64,000 nucleotides of DNA from Bugula neritina (Eukaryota; Animalia; Bryozoa): assembly GCA_964035545.1 (NCBI GenBank), contig OZ037766.1, forward strand, positions 1,240,001-1,304,000, in the 5' to 3' direction. Below, one piece after another: positions 40,101 to 56,059 of this stretch. Every line of letters begins with the position of its first letter. Position 1 is the first letter of the stretch. The notes under the pieces were generated by a model that was not told the origin of the DNA, ran no database searches, and saw only the letters and a program-made list of their open reading frames with translations. The position numbers were made by a program, and so were the translations under genes.

Positions 40101-43100
40101 AACTTTATCTGTTTTTAAGCAAAAATGCCATATGTCTATAATTCATAATTAAAAGTTTAAAATATTTGTCTTTAATGACATATACAATATACTACTTACT
40201 AGGTGCTACACTTCAACACAAGTAGAACTATAGTTTTATTGATATTAGAATAAAGTCAAGTGAACCATAATATACCTACTGCATAACCTTTTTATTTGCT
40301 TGTAATACTTGAAAGTCATGTTGAAACTATTAATCTTATATTTTATATACACAAATGTAAGAATATTAATGTAAACTCATGTATAAACACTAAAGCAAGT
40401 ATTAAGAAATGGCAATTCTAAACACTGACTGCCTCATAAGCTGGTATAGAACCCAGTCTAGGTTCTAGTTTAGAACTCAGTCTAGATTCTAGTTACCCTG
40501 TCTAAGTTTTAGGTACTTGGTTTAAGTTTTATTCATTTATATTTTAGTCTAAATGCTGATTAATCATTATGTACAAGCTAAAACTTATCTAAATTTTTTG
40601 ATTCAGTAAATTGTGGGAAGAAACTTCAACTCAAACTTATAGCTCTACACTGATCTAAACTTACTAAAGATACATTATGTATTTCTGCAACAGGTAGTAA
40701 CCATGGCAACAGTTACCGACGACTCAGCGCTATACCACTACAACTCAGACACGCCTGGTGAGGAGATGCCGCAAAAGTTTTCAGTAAAATGTGACGACGA
40801 CGTTTTCACTCTTGGAGAGATAAACTCCCACATCAGTATAACGCAGCCGTCAACCCGGTTAGTGGGTCACCCTTCTGCAGTGTATACGTAATAATTAAAT
40901 AAAAGTTACTAGCAGCTCAAGTCTGTCCTGACAGTCATATCCCAGCAGACTAGAGTAGCTGGTCTTTTTATCACAAACTTGCGAATATTGAATATTGTGA
41001 AAATCTTAAAATGAAACAGTTATAATGGCGATGGAATAAATGGAATGAACAATGGAACAATGGAATAAAAAAACAACATCATAGTAGATATAGAAATTTT
41101 GACAAACTATTTTTTAATCAAGGCAATGCAAGTGTATTGTTTATGCATGAAGTTGCTTTGTAACCCGTTTTAATTTGGCGAGAGATAGATGTACATTTGA
41201 TATTTTATTTGTTTGTTAGGGTTTCAGAATATTTTCTATTTTTAAGGTAACTATCAGAAGATTCATATTTTTGCTGCCTTTTTAAATGACACGCAAACAA
41301 ACCTCTACACAGTTGTTTTCTTTTCTGTAGATGCATCAGATGCCCTCTCTCACTCATCGCTACTCCAGATTTATCTGTGATGTGCAAACTAGCAGAAACG
41401 ACCTTTGACCCAACCCATGACGTCATACTTATAGAAGATGGAAACATAAATAACGCCAGATGCCATTTTGCTACATGCTTGACGTTATTGGCAAGAGGAT
41501 ATGGTAGGAGGCAAGAAAGGTGTGTGAGTTTTGCATGTGAGAGCACGGTATAGTGTGTCAGACGAAGGCTCTACAATATCACTATTCTCAGCATATAAAT
41601 AGTAAAAGCTTAGTTGAGAATGTCTTGTATACAAATTCTTATTTTAATTGTTTTTTAAAAATGTAAGTCTAGTACCTCTGTTATAAAAAGGTATTTATTA
41701 GGTATTATATCTAATCTATTATAGACAATTATATATTATTATGAAAATACTCATAATTTAAATTTTTAGAAAATGATTTTTTTTTCTATGCTACTGCACA
41801 GGAAAAACTTCACAAATAATATGTTTCTGTTTACTTTATCAACAAAAGATCTACAGATTTGGAAACTAGTGAGTTTACAAACAGAGCTGTGGATGTGTTG
41901 ATAAATGCAGCTGATGACGGAAAGCAATGTAAGGACGAAGTTGATTGGCTGCTGTCTATTATTGCCAAGTCAACAGGAGCCAATACTATTCATGACAAGT
42001 TGGTAGAACTGAGCAACAAACAAAATCGGGTTTGTCTTTTCTTGCTTGCTTATAATTTTTAATATTCTTCGATATCTGAAATAATAACATTCTTGCAAAG
42101 CATGTGAATCTAAATACTGTTTATAGTGTTTAACATTGAGGATCAATTTGGTTCTTTCTAAATACTTAAATTGAAGGTTGAAGAATTTCTAGGAATCAAG
42201 GTTTTTAGTTCAGAAAAATTGGTAACGAACTTGAACAGATTTGCAAAACAGTTTTGGATGTTCTTGCAGTTATGACATCAGCAATTCAATCATTATTCTT
42301 ACATATATAATAATTTAACTTACAGAAAGTGAAGCAAGAGGTTTGGTTGGAAGAAGATGTGTACATGACTCAACTATATATCTTCCTCATAATATTTAAC
42401 ATCTACTGTCACAGACAGGGGCATGTGAGTTTGTCATGTGAAGCTTTCCTTCAAGTAATCGGTTGTCTTTTCATGACACAAAGCAGCTGTTTTTTTATTT
42501 TGAAACCTGTTGCTAGACATAAAGCTTAGTTAAACTGAGTGATACAGAGTCTACATGATATCTTGGCTTTTTTGGTGAGATGATGTGTTATTTTCAAAGA
42601 TTACATTCATTGTGTAACAGTTTCATGTTTAGCTGCTATCATTAGATGTACTGTTCATTATACCTACTGTTTTAAAGCTGTACAAACTGTGTTACTATAC
42701 TTAGCTAAAGGACAGAGTCTTGTTTTCAACTTGGATGAAATGTAGTAGCAAATTCCTTCCAATCCTTCGAGCAACACTTTTTCCACTTCCTCTGCTGTCA
42801 GACGTCAGCATCTCCAGATTTGGTAAAGCACTCGTTCTGGTAAGTCAGAAATTACTAGCAGTTGTTCAGTTGCCATAGAAACGTATGTAACCTTACAAGG
42901 TCAAAGCTAGAAAAATTCTAATAGCCTTAGCAGTATGGGTGTAATTTAATAAAGCAGCAAAAACATTATCTAATTTATTCACTCAAGAGACCAAATGCCT
43001 CCTTCCAAGAAATCTTAATGTCTGTCTGTTTTTTGTTGTAAGAATTGAGATGTTTCAGACTATTTTTGTCAACAGGTAAATAACTCTAACAGAGATGAAG

Positions 43101-46100
43101 ATCATTTGTGTACCTACAGTAGTAATGGCTGTGCTAACCTCAGAAAAATTCCAGGACTTCCAATATACGGAGTCTGTCAACCTTCCAGAGAGGTCCGTAA
43201 CACAAGTTATATAATAATATGTTGTAAAAACAGCTTTTAACTTTTACTAATTATATTCACAATCTTAGTTTCTTGAACATAAAATGACTATTTCTAACAT
43301 ATGCAATTTTTTCTCAGACTACACTGGCACAAGTTTAAAACATCTCCATTGCAAACTCTACACTGTCAGCAGTTTCAACATATTTGTTTGCTTTTTCTAT
43401 ACTAAGTGTTTATGCTCTTTAATAAAGTTGTCTAATATCTAAAGATCCATGTGTACATTATATGTTGTATTATATTATGTATTATGTATGATATATTATG
43501 CCTTTTGACTTAGGGTTTTGAGTCGCTGTCCAAATGGCTAATGACAAAATTTAAGCACACGAGTGTAACACTCATATCAGTGAGAGAAGACGTAGCGGTG
43601 ATGTGTGACGGAGAAGTTTATTGCCTGCGGTATAAATCTCAGCCCCACAAGTCCCTGTCCCTCCACCAGACGTCTAGCGCTGAGCTCTACAAGATTCAGA
43701 GTCTTGTCAAGTCTACATTTGAACACACGGCATCCGTCAGTCAGGTAAGTTGATTATCACATTTTGGAAAATTTTTTCTTGAAATCCGTTTCCTGCTGGC
43801 GAAATTTTCCTGAGAGTTGCTAGAAAACAGACGTTAACCTACAGATCACTGGTTAAATGTTGAATTATTGCTACTGTTATATATAGTAGAGCTTGATTAG
43901 TTTGTTTTCGAAATCAGTTGTTATATATTAGAATTGTATCAAAGTTATATAACATATAGTTCAACTGAACTTCTAATCTTTCCAATGTTTTCATAGAAAA
44001 GTTTTAACTGTTTCTTATTTTAGTAAACTCTTTTTTACCATCTTCTGTGTGTTTCAGTTCTTCCATAACAGCAAATCTGTAGCCGAATCTCCTGAAATGC
44101 AGGCGCCAATAGATGCATATTTAAATGTAGATAAAACTAATTTTCTGCAGATACCTATTCCATTGGACAATTCACCGTCTGTATCTGTAAGTTGTGAAGT
44201 ATATACTTAACGATATATCTGTACCTTATAAAGTACATAAAAATATATCCGGAAATTAGAAAATTGATTTTTGTAAATGAAAAAGTATCTGCGTGATGCT
44301 ATTTTCCACACCAAAGAGCAATAATTATGCTATATTGTTGTTTTACACAGGCTTTACAAGCTAAAAGTAAACATATTCAATGCCATCTATTGTATGTAAT
44401 AAAATAGTTCAGAATTATAGTTTTTAACTTGGCAATAGATCTTTTTGATATTTTTTTTGTACCTACTTCATGCAATTTTATTCAAAGTATGAACCATTTA
44501 TTATATAAATTTTGTAGAGTTACTTAAAAATACTTCATTTTAGATAAAACTATTTATTTTAAATAAAAAAGCAATTATTTGCAATAATTTTTTTTAAATT
44601 CAAAGGAGTTTTTAAAAGTAAAAGTTATTGGCATTTATAAACACTATATTTACAAGAATCTGCTCACAACTTGATGAATAACAGTATAACAGAGTGACAT
44701 AATAAATTGACTTATATTGACATACATTGACACAGATTGACATATGTTGACATATAGTGACATATACTGACATACATTGACACAGATTGACATATGTTGA
44801 CATATAGTGACCTATAGTGACACATATGCACACATGCAGGTGCATCTTTACATCCTATCTAACTTGCAGGCTTTTCAACAAATTCAGAAGATAGCATCGA
44901 GTATCTTTCATGAGTTCAAAGAGACGGGTGAACAGGCAGCCTTAGTATTCTGCTGTGGTGATGGTAGAGATAGGACAACTACCGCTATGTCTATTGCAGG
45001 ACTAGTCTGGTGTAATACCACGGTATAGTCTTTAAACTATTATATATACACAAGTTGAGCAAAGCTAGCTTCTGGTGACATCTATAAATTTCCTGAATAA
45101 AATATATTTATTTATTTTTTAAAGTTTTAGCAATTATAAAATGTGCAGACAAACATATCATATAGCAAGTGCCAGTCAAATTCATTAGTGCGCACTTTTA
45201 TTTAATTTTTTATATATAATAATATATTATGATATAATAGTATTACATGATAATATATGGTATCGTAGTATTAAATATAATAATATGGTATAGTAGTATT
45301 AAATATAACATAAATATGGTATAATAGGGTCACAAGTATTTGTCAAAGTTAATGTTGATAGCACAAGATGCATAGTTTTTACTTTACATCTACCATGCAT
45401 CTACTCTACACTCAAATTAGTACAATGGTATATATAGAGTATTATAGACTGTGAACCACAAACTGTGTTCTATAAAAGCTTCGGATCGGACAACATGCCC
45501 CCATTGTGTTATTCAGAGTTATGGTTACGGAGCTGCTAAGGGAGAAGCTGAGAGAATATCTATTTGGGATGCCCAGTATACCAAAGGAGAGTTTCAAGTA
45601 AGTTTACTTCCTACAGGCCTACCCAGGTTACAGTGAAGAGAGCCACTGTGGTGAAGTGGTTAATTTATTTTATATAAACACTTTAAGGTGAAGCTTGCAG
45701 CCAATATTTTAAGGTTCTTACAGTTTCCAACCATCCCATGCATGAGCAGAACCTTGTGGTTAAAGCACTAAATAAATAGATTACATGTTATGGCAGGTCA
45801 AGCTAAACTATTAAATTGGCCAGAACTAAAAGAAAACTTTTAGACATTTTGTTTTTTATATTTTTATGTTTTACAGCTTGTTAGGCATCATATTTAAAAG
45901 CAATTACAATCCCAAATTTTTATTTTCAACAAAACTCTGGCACAAAGTATAGTGATGAGTTTACCCAGCTGCCCCTGTAGTGTAATGGATAGCACACTTG
46001 CTTGCATGTCGGAGGTCTGTGGTTCGAATCCCAGCGGGGGCAATCATTTTACACAAAGCTTCAACATGTTTCCCTATAAATCAGTCCACTCTCCTGACGA

Positions 46101-47539
46101 ACTTTGAATGAGTTAAAGAAAGCTGTACTTCCATTGCACATGTTTTTCAATCCTATTATGGTAACAAATTAGCTCATATTTCTCTATGTCATAGATTATA
46201 GGAAATAAAATAAGAAAAAGGAATTCAGTCATTACAGTTTGTTGCTTGCTTTGCTGCAGGTAATACAAGGCATTACTGCAACATTACCTGGCGGCCATCA
46301 GACCAAGAGAGAGGTTGACTACATACTGGACCAGTGCTTTGAGACTAGCAGCATGATGCACTACCATGTTAGAGAAGAGATCTTTGTTATATTTAAAAAG
46401 GTTGGCTGTAATAAAACTTATATTACTCATGATAACTATATATTTCTTTAGAATATATTGCTGTTTATTACTAATTATATAATCTTATAGAGTCAAGGCA
46501 GTAAACTAATATTATATAATATACATTTTCCTAATTTTATAATTTTATTTTTTTAGAGAGCACTATTATACTATTTTGATAGTTAAGACATAATAGCATA
46601 ATATATAATATATAAAACAGTACCTATATGATATAAATAAAATAGTATATTCTTTTAATTTTACCACATCATTTTCCATAGACAACAATATTGTGTGTTG
46701 TATAGGATATAATAATATATGAAACAGAATAAACTATCGACATTCACACCACGCTTACAGGCACAAAAGATGAGGCAGACTCTGGAACAGCAAGGTGATA
46801 ATGATGAAGGTATTTGTATCAGAGGACCAAAGAAAGGAACCGGAATTGAGACAGACTTAGCGTCCTACTGCAAAGCCCTCCATCGCAAGTCTCTAGACAA
46901 CCTAGAGCGTTACGCAATGCTCATTATATTCAATGCTTATTTGAATCGTGTCAAGATGTACACAGATGACCACTTGGTAGCACCTGAAGAGTGTGTCACA
47001 GCTTCATTTGAGAACTGGATTTCTGAAGTAAGGGTTCATCAGTATCATATTTACAGTGACTTTGTATTCACACTGTTTATTTAAACCTGGCACTTTATTT
47101 TCAGTAATTATTGTTTAAATACCTTACTTTTATTATAGATGAAAAGTGCTTCCTATAGCGTATAACAGATAGCTGATCATGCATTGACTATAGAAAATTT
47201 GGTTGTTAAGAGAATGATTTAAAATTATTTTTATTTACAAGTTTTCTAACTAAACTTGTCAACTTATATTTTCATTTTTAATACTGATAAGTTCCTGCAA
47301 TTTAATCTCTGCTACTGTTATTTTAATTCAAAACTACAATGTATTTTACTTGTTTTGTAAGTTCATTAAGAACCTACCGCAGATTTTGGGATCAAAGTAA
47401 CATTTTAATTGTGTGTTTCAAGGTGGGTTTCAACTCTGGCGTTCTCAGCATACTCGATGACTTGAGTTTCAAAGAGTTTGAAGATGTCTGCTTTTTAAAA
47501 TCCCGAATCAATAGAAACTGCAAATATCAGAAGCCATAG
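37173..47539 (+). CDS. PALD1: Paladin-like PTP-fold (phosphoinositide) phosphatase, N-myristoylation motif
   Basis: About 17 coding exons, approx. 37173-37287, 38832-38988, 39442-39588, 39759-39941, 40694-40857, 41331-41502, 41857-42029, 42326-42424, 42705-42839, 43076-43192, 43514-43744, 44058-44186, 44870-45022, 45517-45597, 46260-46400, 46761-47027, 47423-47539. MGSSSS start; YGRLGD, VRMEPVLF, EIKIRKE, ANLRKIPGLPIYGVCQPS, FCCGDGRDRTTTAM, YTKGEFQV, KREVD, HYHVREEI, SLDNLERYAMLIIFNAYL are paladin signatures. Confidence 0.85.
38207..38758. repeat. 20-bp minisatellite (tatatatagggtgagtgtgc)n in paladin intron
   Basis: About 26 copies. Confidence 0.92.
44695..44830. repeat. 10-bp-period repeat (tgacatannt) with 50-bp higher order
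   Basis: Direct reading; ends ~40 nt before the acceptor at 44869. Confidence 0.75.
45971..46066 (+). mobile_element. tRNA-derived SINE head (Ala-like TGC loop), in paladin intron
   Basis: Acceptor stem gcccctg/cgggggc, B box ggttcgaatcc; anticodon and T stems mismatched; cggaggtctgtggttcgaatcc identical to copy at 34862. Confidence 0.6.
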
Positions 47540-50326
47540 ACTTGTATTCTACAAACAGTATAGCTTACTGTCTTTACTAAAGAGACATCAATGGGTATCG
47601 CGTGTGATAAACACCCAGTCTATATGTGAAGGTTGGTTGGAGACAGATCTTGCAATGAAGCTCTATCTATGGACTAGACACTCTCCACTGCTATATTAAG
47701 AATAGTCTTATTATAATATTATCTAGAAATCTGGTTATATAAGACGAAACACGCACAGCTAGCATATTCAAATTCAACAGTTTTTAAATTGAAATGTTAG
47801 AAATTGCAACATCCAATCAGAGTAAGGTATTACAACTTCTATTAAGTCATAGATTCTATAAGGTTTGTCCGAGTTCTTCGTCTTACTTGACTTGAATTTG
47901 TATGTTTTGTATTGTACTTAGGATATCACTGGACAGCAGACAGCTTATGATACTTTTAATTTTGTGCTTCTTTTTAGTTCACTCGCGTCACTCGTTTTCC
48001 AACCCATAAGTCATTCAATTGTTGTTTGGTAATCTAATAAATATTATATCTTTTATTATATTATTATATATAAGTGTTATATATTTACTATTTATGTCGA
48101 CATGTTATGCAATAATGTAAAGAATTTGTGTAGTTGTTTTAGTGTTTCATATTTCAATGCTGTGCATAAATTTTTAAAACTTATTTACTGTTTATGCATA
48201 AATATTTAATTTTTCTATGTTGTAAAAAGCATTAATAAAATTATATGATAAGGAAGATATTTTTGATTTTGTGTTGAGTACAACAACCAGGGTAGAATAT
48301 TACCAACTAAGCTAAGTTATTTCATTTTTCATTCACATTAAATATCAATGTAAAACAAGTATTTTGGAATTATAGTGACTCGTCAATGTTAAAGATAAGC
48401 TATACGTTTATTAAATTTTATTTTTTTGTACAAGTTAGTCCTAAGCTTACAGTGCAATGGAATGTCAGGCATATTGCATAGTTCTCAACAGGTACTTTTA
48501 ACATATGATTTAAAGGCCTAAATCTTTGAAGGTTGAGTGATACACAATACACTCAATTTTCTTAAAGAGTCACTTTATACGTTTTACTGAAAGTCAAATA
48601 AACACATGTGAGATATAAACTGTGACATACTACAAGACAGCTAACAGTAGCAGTGAAGAGATGACAACCTTGTAGAATGATAGGTAGCATGAGCAATAGA
48701 AAGGCACTGTATAGCAGGTGACATAACTAATAGAGAGACAGTGAGTTGTGCACATGCTATGTTTATCACAATTATACATGTAGTTATTTATTAAAGTTTC
48801 AAATCTGTTTTGTTTTTGCTTTGTTTTTGATCTGTAAAGAATATCAAATCATAAAATTTTATTAGGCAAAAAATCAGTAAATAAATTACGCATGTGCTAT
48901 GAATGCAAATTTGGCATAATATTGTATTATATTTTATATTGTATTATATTATATATCATTTGAAATTTAAATGTAAAGAGAGCATATACTATCGAGTTAT
49001 CTTCTTTATAAAAATTCGAAATTGCGGCTGATCTCACTTTTAATCAATTTTTATTTGTGCAATAAAAAAACTGAAAAAAAATTATTTTATGTAAAATTTC
49101 AATTTGTTTTCTAAACATTTTCATTGTATATATATATATATGTATATATACACATTTCTACGAAAGCAAGGTGCTTGTTTTGGAACAAACTCCAGCCATA
49201 TCCTTACATGTTTCATTTTATGTTATGTTTATTTATAATTATTGTGTTGTGGCAGTGATGCCAACTGTGACGCTCGGAATAAATTAGGATTTTAGTTTCT
49301 ATTGCAAAAGTAGAAACGAAAAAGTGTTAATGAGTGTAACTATGGGTATTTCTTAGATATTTAAATTACAGTTACTCTAATTGTAATTCTTAGTTTAACT
49401 CTTACTCTGAGTGATGAGTCTGTCTCTAGTCTCTGCGTCTTACTCTTACAGTTACTTTGAGTCTGACTGACTCTGGGTCACTCTCTTACTAAGACTTAGA
49501 TTAAGAGTAACTGTGAGAGAGTAAAACTTAGAGTTAAGGTCTTACTAACAGTAACAGTAACTGTCTTACTTTTAGAGTTAATGTTATACCTTAGCCTTAG
49601 GCTTTAAGTTTAAGTTATTAAATTACTAGTACTAGTAGTAATAGTAGTACTAGTAGTAGTTATTGTATAAATATTTATATAGGTATTGCTACGTGATGCT
49701 TATTCTAAATTAAATACTTATTTTGTTAACTACATTATAAGTTATGTTTATAGTATTAGTTATACTTATGGTTATACTAATATTAATAGTAATATTGGAT
49801 CACTATTAATATGAATGAGAATATCATTATGATTATTCATTATGATTATCACTTTCACTCTGACTTATAAAATTGAATCGGTTTATTGATGTGTCATATG
49901 AAATAATTATAATGATAATGAACATCACAGTCATTAGGTGCTGCAAATATTACCATTACTATTAGTATTGGTATTACAATTAGTTCTTCAATAATTATGA
50001 CCATCAGCGAAAAGTATTACAATACCGTTCAAAGTTCTAGTGATAAACTTTTAAAATACTATAAACTAGTTATTTTAGGTTTTTAAAAGTTTTAAAATGT
50101 GCTATTGCTAAACTAACTATACTTATGCAGCAGCAATGACAGGGCAATGCTTTTATCACAGGACTCTGTAGTATATTTAAATAAATTCATCACTTCAAAT
50201 TTGAACAAAACTTGAGTTATTTAATCCAAAGGTTAAAAAATTTATTTGGTTTTTCTGCCTCAAAATATTTGAAATTTGGGAATTAGTGTCTCCATTTAAT
50301 TAGCATATATTTGTAGAAAACTATTC

Positions 50327-53300
50327 ATGGCTGAAAATAATGTAGTTCAAGTTGATGTAAAGGAAATTCCCAATTGGGTCGAAAATGGTTTGCCCAAGAC
50401 ATGTACAGTTGTTGAAAAAACCAGCGAAAAAGAGGTCTATATTGTTGGTACTGCACACTTCAGTAAGGAAAGTCAAGAAGATGTTGCTCGAGTGAGTCTC
50501 GTCATTTAGCTTGGCAATGTTAAAATGCATCAATTATTGAGTGGTGTTTACTGGTTGCTTTTACTGTGTACCAGATTTCTGGATATGCACATTTTATCGG
50601 GGATTGCATTATTTTACTATCTATAGCAGTAAAATCATGAAGTAGCACAAAATAATTATATCTATTAAAATACTATGAATGCCTTTGAGATACTCAAGTA
50701 GACATGAAGAAATGAAGCTAACATAAGACATCTTATATCTAAAAGTAGGTCATCTAAAAGTAGGTCATCTAAAAGCAGGTCATCTTCGCTCACAACAGGT
50801 GATACAGCTTATTCAGCCCCATGTGGTTTTCTTGGAGTTGTGCTCTGGCCGTTTGGGAATTCTGGAATATAGCGAAGAGCAAATGATGCAGGAAGCAACA
50901 GACATCAGTTTTCAGAAAATACAAGAATCTGTTCGTATAGTAAGTGTGTTAGTTTGTAGCTAGTAACACCGTAGTTATCTATTCGTATAGTAAGTGTGTT
51001 AGTTTGTAGCTAGTAACACCGTAGTTATCTATTCGTATAGTAAGTGTGTTAGTTTGTAGTTAGTAACACCGTAGTTATCTATTTGTATAGTAAGTGTGTT
51101 AGTTTGTAGCTAGTAACACCGTAGTTATCTATTCGTATAGTAAGTGTGTTAGTTTGTAGCTAGTAACACCGTAGTTATCTATTCGTATAGTAAGTGTGTT
51201 AGTTTGTAGTTAGTAACACCGTAGTTATCTATTCGTATAGTAAGTGTGTTAGTTTGTAGCTAGTAACACCGTAGTTATCTATTCGTATAGTAAGTGTGTT
51301 AGTTTGTAGCTAGTAACACTTCAGTATCTCATTTACCCTATTAAGTAAGTATCTCAGTTTGTGATAATACGCTGCAATACCCACAACCCTGGTAAAAAAA
51401 ATCATGTAGAAAATAATGGGGAAATAATTATAACAAAAAAAATAGTTCAATCATTGGGGATGATGATGCAAAGAATACAAGTATCAATGCCAAGCAAACA
51501 TAATATTTTATAATGGATTTTGAAGCATTTTAAGTGTTAATTTTCTTAATTATGAGTAAATAAATATGAAAAATAAGCAGAATTTGTGCACTTGATGTGT
51601 ATTGCTGCAGTGTTGATACGTATTGGGATAGTTTTAGTTATAGTGATGTAGATATGTGTTATGGTAGTTTTGATGTGTATTATAGTGATGTAGATGTGTA
51701 TTATGGTAATGTAGATGTGTATTATGGTAATGTAGATGTGTATTATGGTAATGTAGATGTGTATTATGGTAATGTAGATGTGTATTATGGTAATGTAGAT
51801 GTGTGTTATGGTAATGTAGATGTGTATTATGGTAATGTAGATGTGTATTATGGTAATGTAGATGGGTGTTATGGTAGTTTCGATGTGTATTATGGTATTG
51901 TAGATGTGTATTATGGTAATGTAGATGTGTATTATTGTTTTCTATTTGGTGTTTGTTTTTGCATCCAGCATGGCGCCGCTCATGGTATACTGAGAGCCAT
52001 GTTGATGAATCTATCAGCAAAGCTGACTCAACAGCTCGGTATGGCCCCTGGTGGGGAGTTTAGAAGAGCCTTTAGTGAGGTGAGTGATGATTATTTGTAC
52101 CTTGTTAGGAAAGTTACATGTGAATACATCAGAACAATATACTAACAGCGAACTGTCACTAGTAGAAGGACTTTAATGTCCTCGTGAGTATGTAGTTGGG
52201 TTTGAGAGAGACTTCTACTGAAACCAGTGCATCAAGAAACTAATTATTGTTGAAATAAAAGATGAAAAAAATCATGTTTCTCATAATATTTCTGTAGCTC
52301 AGTTTTGCTTCAGCAGGGCTTAGATTTCCATTTTAAAGTTATATGCTATAAATTTCATTTAAATCATAGTTTTAAGTGGAATAAATGTTATTCTTAAAAT
52401 AGCATCATAGCAAGCGTAATGGTTTTGGCTTCGATGATAAACTTGCATTGTCTATGGACTCTTGTTTTTTCTGTTGTGATGCCATTAATTTATACAAATG
52501 AATATTTTGACAATTGATTTGGCGATAGTTGGTTTTGGCACTGCGTTTTCTTTTGCCATTGACAATTTTATCATGTAAGCTACCTTTGGCTGTAATAAAC
52601 AGCCAGATGAGTATTTGTATGGAATGGTTTGTTACTGCAGGCTCAGAGAATTCCTCACTGTAAAGTAGTGTATGGAGATAGACCTATATCTATAACACTG
52701 AAAAGAGCCATAGGCAGTCTCACTCTCATACAGAAAATAAAATTTGCCTGGCACATGATAACTTCAGACACAGATTTAAGGTAAAATCTTATGAGCTTCT
52801 AGTCTGACTGTGGTAGAGCTGTATTGTTACCTATATGTTATGTACTTATGTGGTGTTACCTATATGTTATGTACTTATGTGGTGTTACCTATATGTTATG
52901 TACTTATGTGGTGTTACCTATATGTTATGTACTTATGTGGTGTTACCTATATGTTATGTATATGTACTTATGTAATGTTACCTATATGTTATGTACTTAT
53001 GTAATGTTACCTATATGTTATGTACTTATGTGGTGTTACCTATATGTTATGTACTTATGTGGTGTTACCTATATGTTATGTATATGTACTTATGTAATGT
53101 TACCTATATGTTATGTATTTATGTGGTGTTACCTATATGTTATGTACTTATGTGGTGTTATGTACTTATGTGGTGTTACCTATATGTTATGTATATGTAA
53201 TGTTACCTATATGTTGTGTATATGTAATGTTATCTCTATGCAGTGTTACTTGTATGCTATTTGTACATATAGTGCCACAGGTATTATGTTGTGTTACATA

Positions 53301-54456
53301 TATTCAGTTTTTTTAATGTTCTAAACATTTTTAAAGCCAAGCAACTAATATCTGCCCTAATAATGTTAGTTTATTGTTTATAATTTTCTAATCTGTTTCT
53401 TACTGTACTTGCTGGTATTGTTGCACTTGCTGGTACTTGCTGATACTGTAGCTTAGAAGACATAGAGAAATGCAAAGAGAAGGACATATTGGAACAAATG
53501 CTGGCTGACATGGCAAGCGAGTTTCCAAGCCTAAATAACGTGTTTGTCACTGAGAGAGATATTTATTTAGCAAACTCACTTAAACGAAGCAGTCGAATTT
53601 CCTTAGGTCCAATTGGTATGTTAGACTTTATTGATGTATATACAACTAGGGTAATAATATCGTATCTACTGTGAAGTACTCAATAATAGGAAATATCAAA
53701 GATAAAATCTAGTGTTTTTTTCATTTAATCAGTCGAATTTATTTTCAACACCTTTTTCTAATAGTTCCATATGCTTTCTGTATAGAGTAATAAAAGATGT
53801 GGTGAAACGAACTCATCCTCTTTTACAGTCTATCTGAAAGTCCAACTATAGTTAGACATGAATGATTTGCTAGTTTGGGATCATTGCTGTGTATCATAAC
53901 CTGTTACAGTTGTGAATGTAGTATATTTTGCTTGTCTAGTGGCATTTAGTTGAACCACCATTTTTTCAACTGCCTTGTTCTTGTTAGCATATATATTGTT
54001 ATTGATAGAAATCGCTTTTCCTCGTAAATTTATACAGATTTATCAAGCAACAAAACGCGTTTCAAAAACTGCCTGAATGTCTATGTTATAACAGTATTAA
54101 TTAACTTTGTGGTGGCGAGTCTAGGCATCAGTATTTCTTCTCATCTAAGTGTGGACAAACCTTAGAAACTTGTGTTATATGTTTATAATATGATTACAGG
54201 GACATACACTAAACCTATCAAGGTGGTAGCAGTCCTTGGTATTGGCCATGTTAACGGAGTTGTAGCCAATTGGGACAAAGATTTAGAAGGAAAAGCACAG
54301 GAAGTTATGAAAATACCACAGCCTAGTATAGTTGGACGGTTTTTAGGAGTAGCAATTAAAGGAGCACTAGTTGCTGGTGGTGTGTACGCTACTTATAGAA
54401 TTGGCAGAGTATCATATAGTCTTGTAAATAAACTTCTGTCAAAATATGTTAAATAA
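50327..54456 (+). CDS. TRABD: TraB domain-containing protein (~325 aa, C-terminal membrane anchor)
   Basis: Exons 50327-50491, 50799-50939, 51969-52079, 52641-52780, 53452-53615, 54200-54456. VYIVGTAHFSKESQEDV, PHVVFLELCSGR, LGMAPGGEFRRAFSEA, GDRPISITLKRA, FPSLNNVFVTERDIYL, VVAVLGIGHVNGV. Confidence 0.93.
50928..51319. repeat. 50-bp tandem repeat spanning the TRABD donor at 50939/50940
   Basis: (tctattcgtata|gtaagtgtgttagtttgtagctagtaacaccgtagtta) x~8. Confidence 0.95.
51637..51935. repeat. 21-bp minisatellite (gtagatgtgtattatggtaat)
   Basis: About 14 copies ending ~33 nt before the acceptor at 51968. Confidence 0.9.
52820..53240. repeat. 29-bp minisatellite (tgttacctatatgttatgtacttatgtgg)
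   Basis: About 13 copies starting ~40 nt after the donor at 52781. Confidence 0.9.
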
Positions 54457-54690
54457 TTTTTGTTAAAAGGATGATATATATTGTGTATTAAGCTAGCATT
54501 TTTGCATGCCACACTATGTATTATAGTACTACATTTATATATATATATAAACAAATTTATTCTTATAATTAAATTTCCATTTTCTAAAAAGACCTAAGTT
54601 ACTTATTTATATGAGGCTAGAACCACTGGGAGTATATAACTCTCTGGTTGAGGTGGCAGCAGTGTTGCGTAATGCAGATGAAAAAAAAAA

Positions 54691-56059
<1,369 letters not shown>

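Noticed and set aside
45971-46042. Functional tRNA-Ala(TGC) gene (also 34862-34934)
   Set aside because: Anticodon and T stems mismatched; the copies differ from each other and share a non-tRNA tail, consistent with SINEs.
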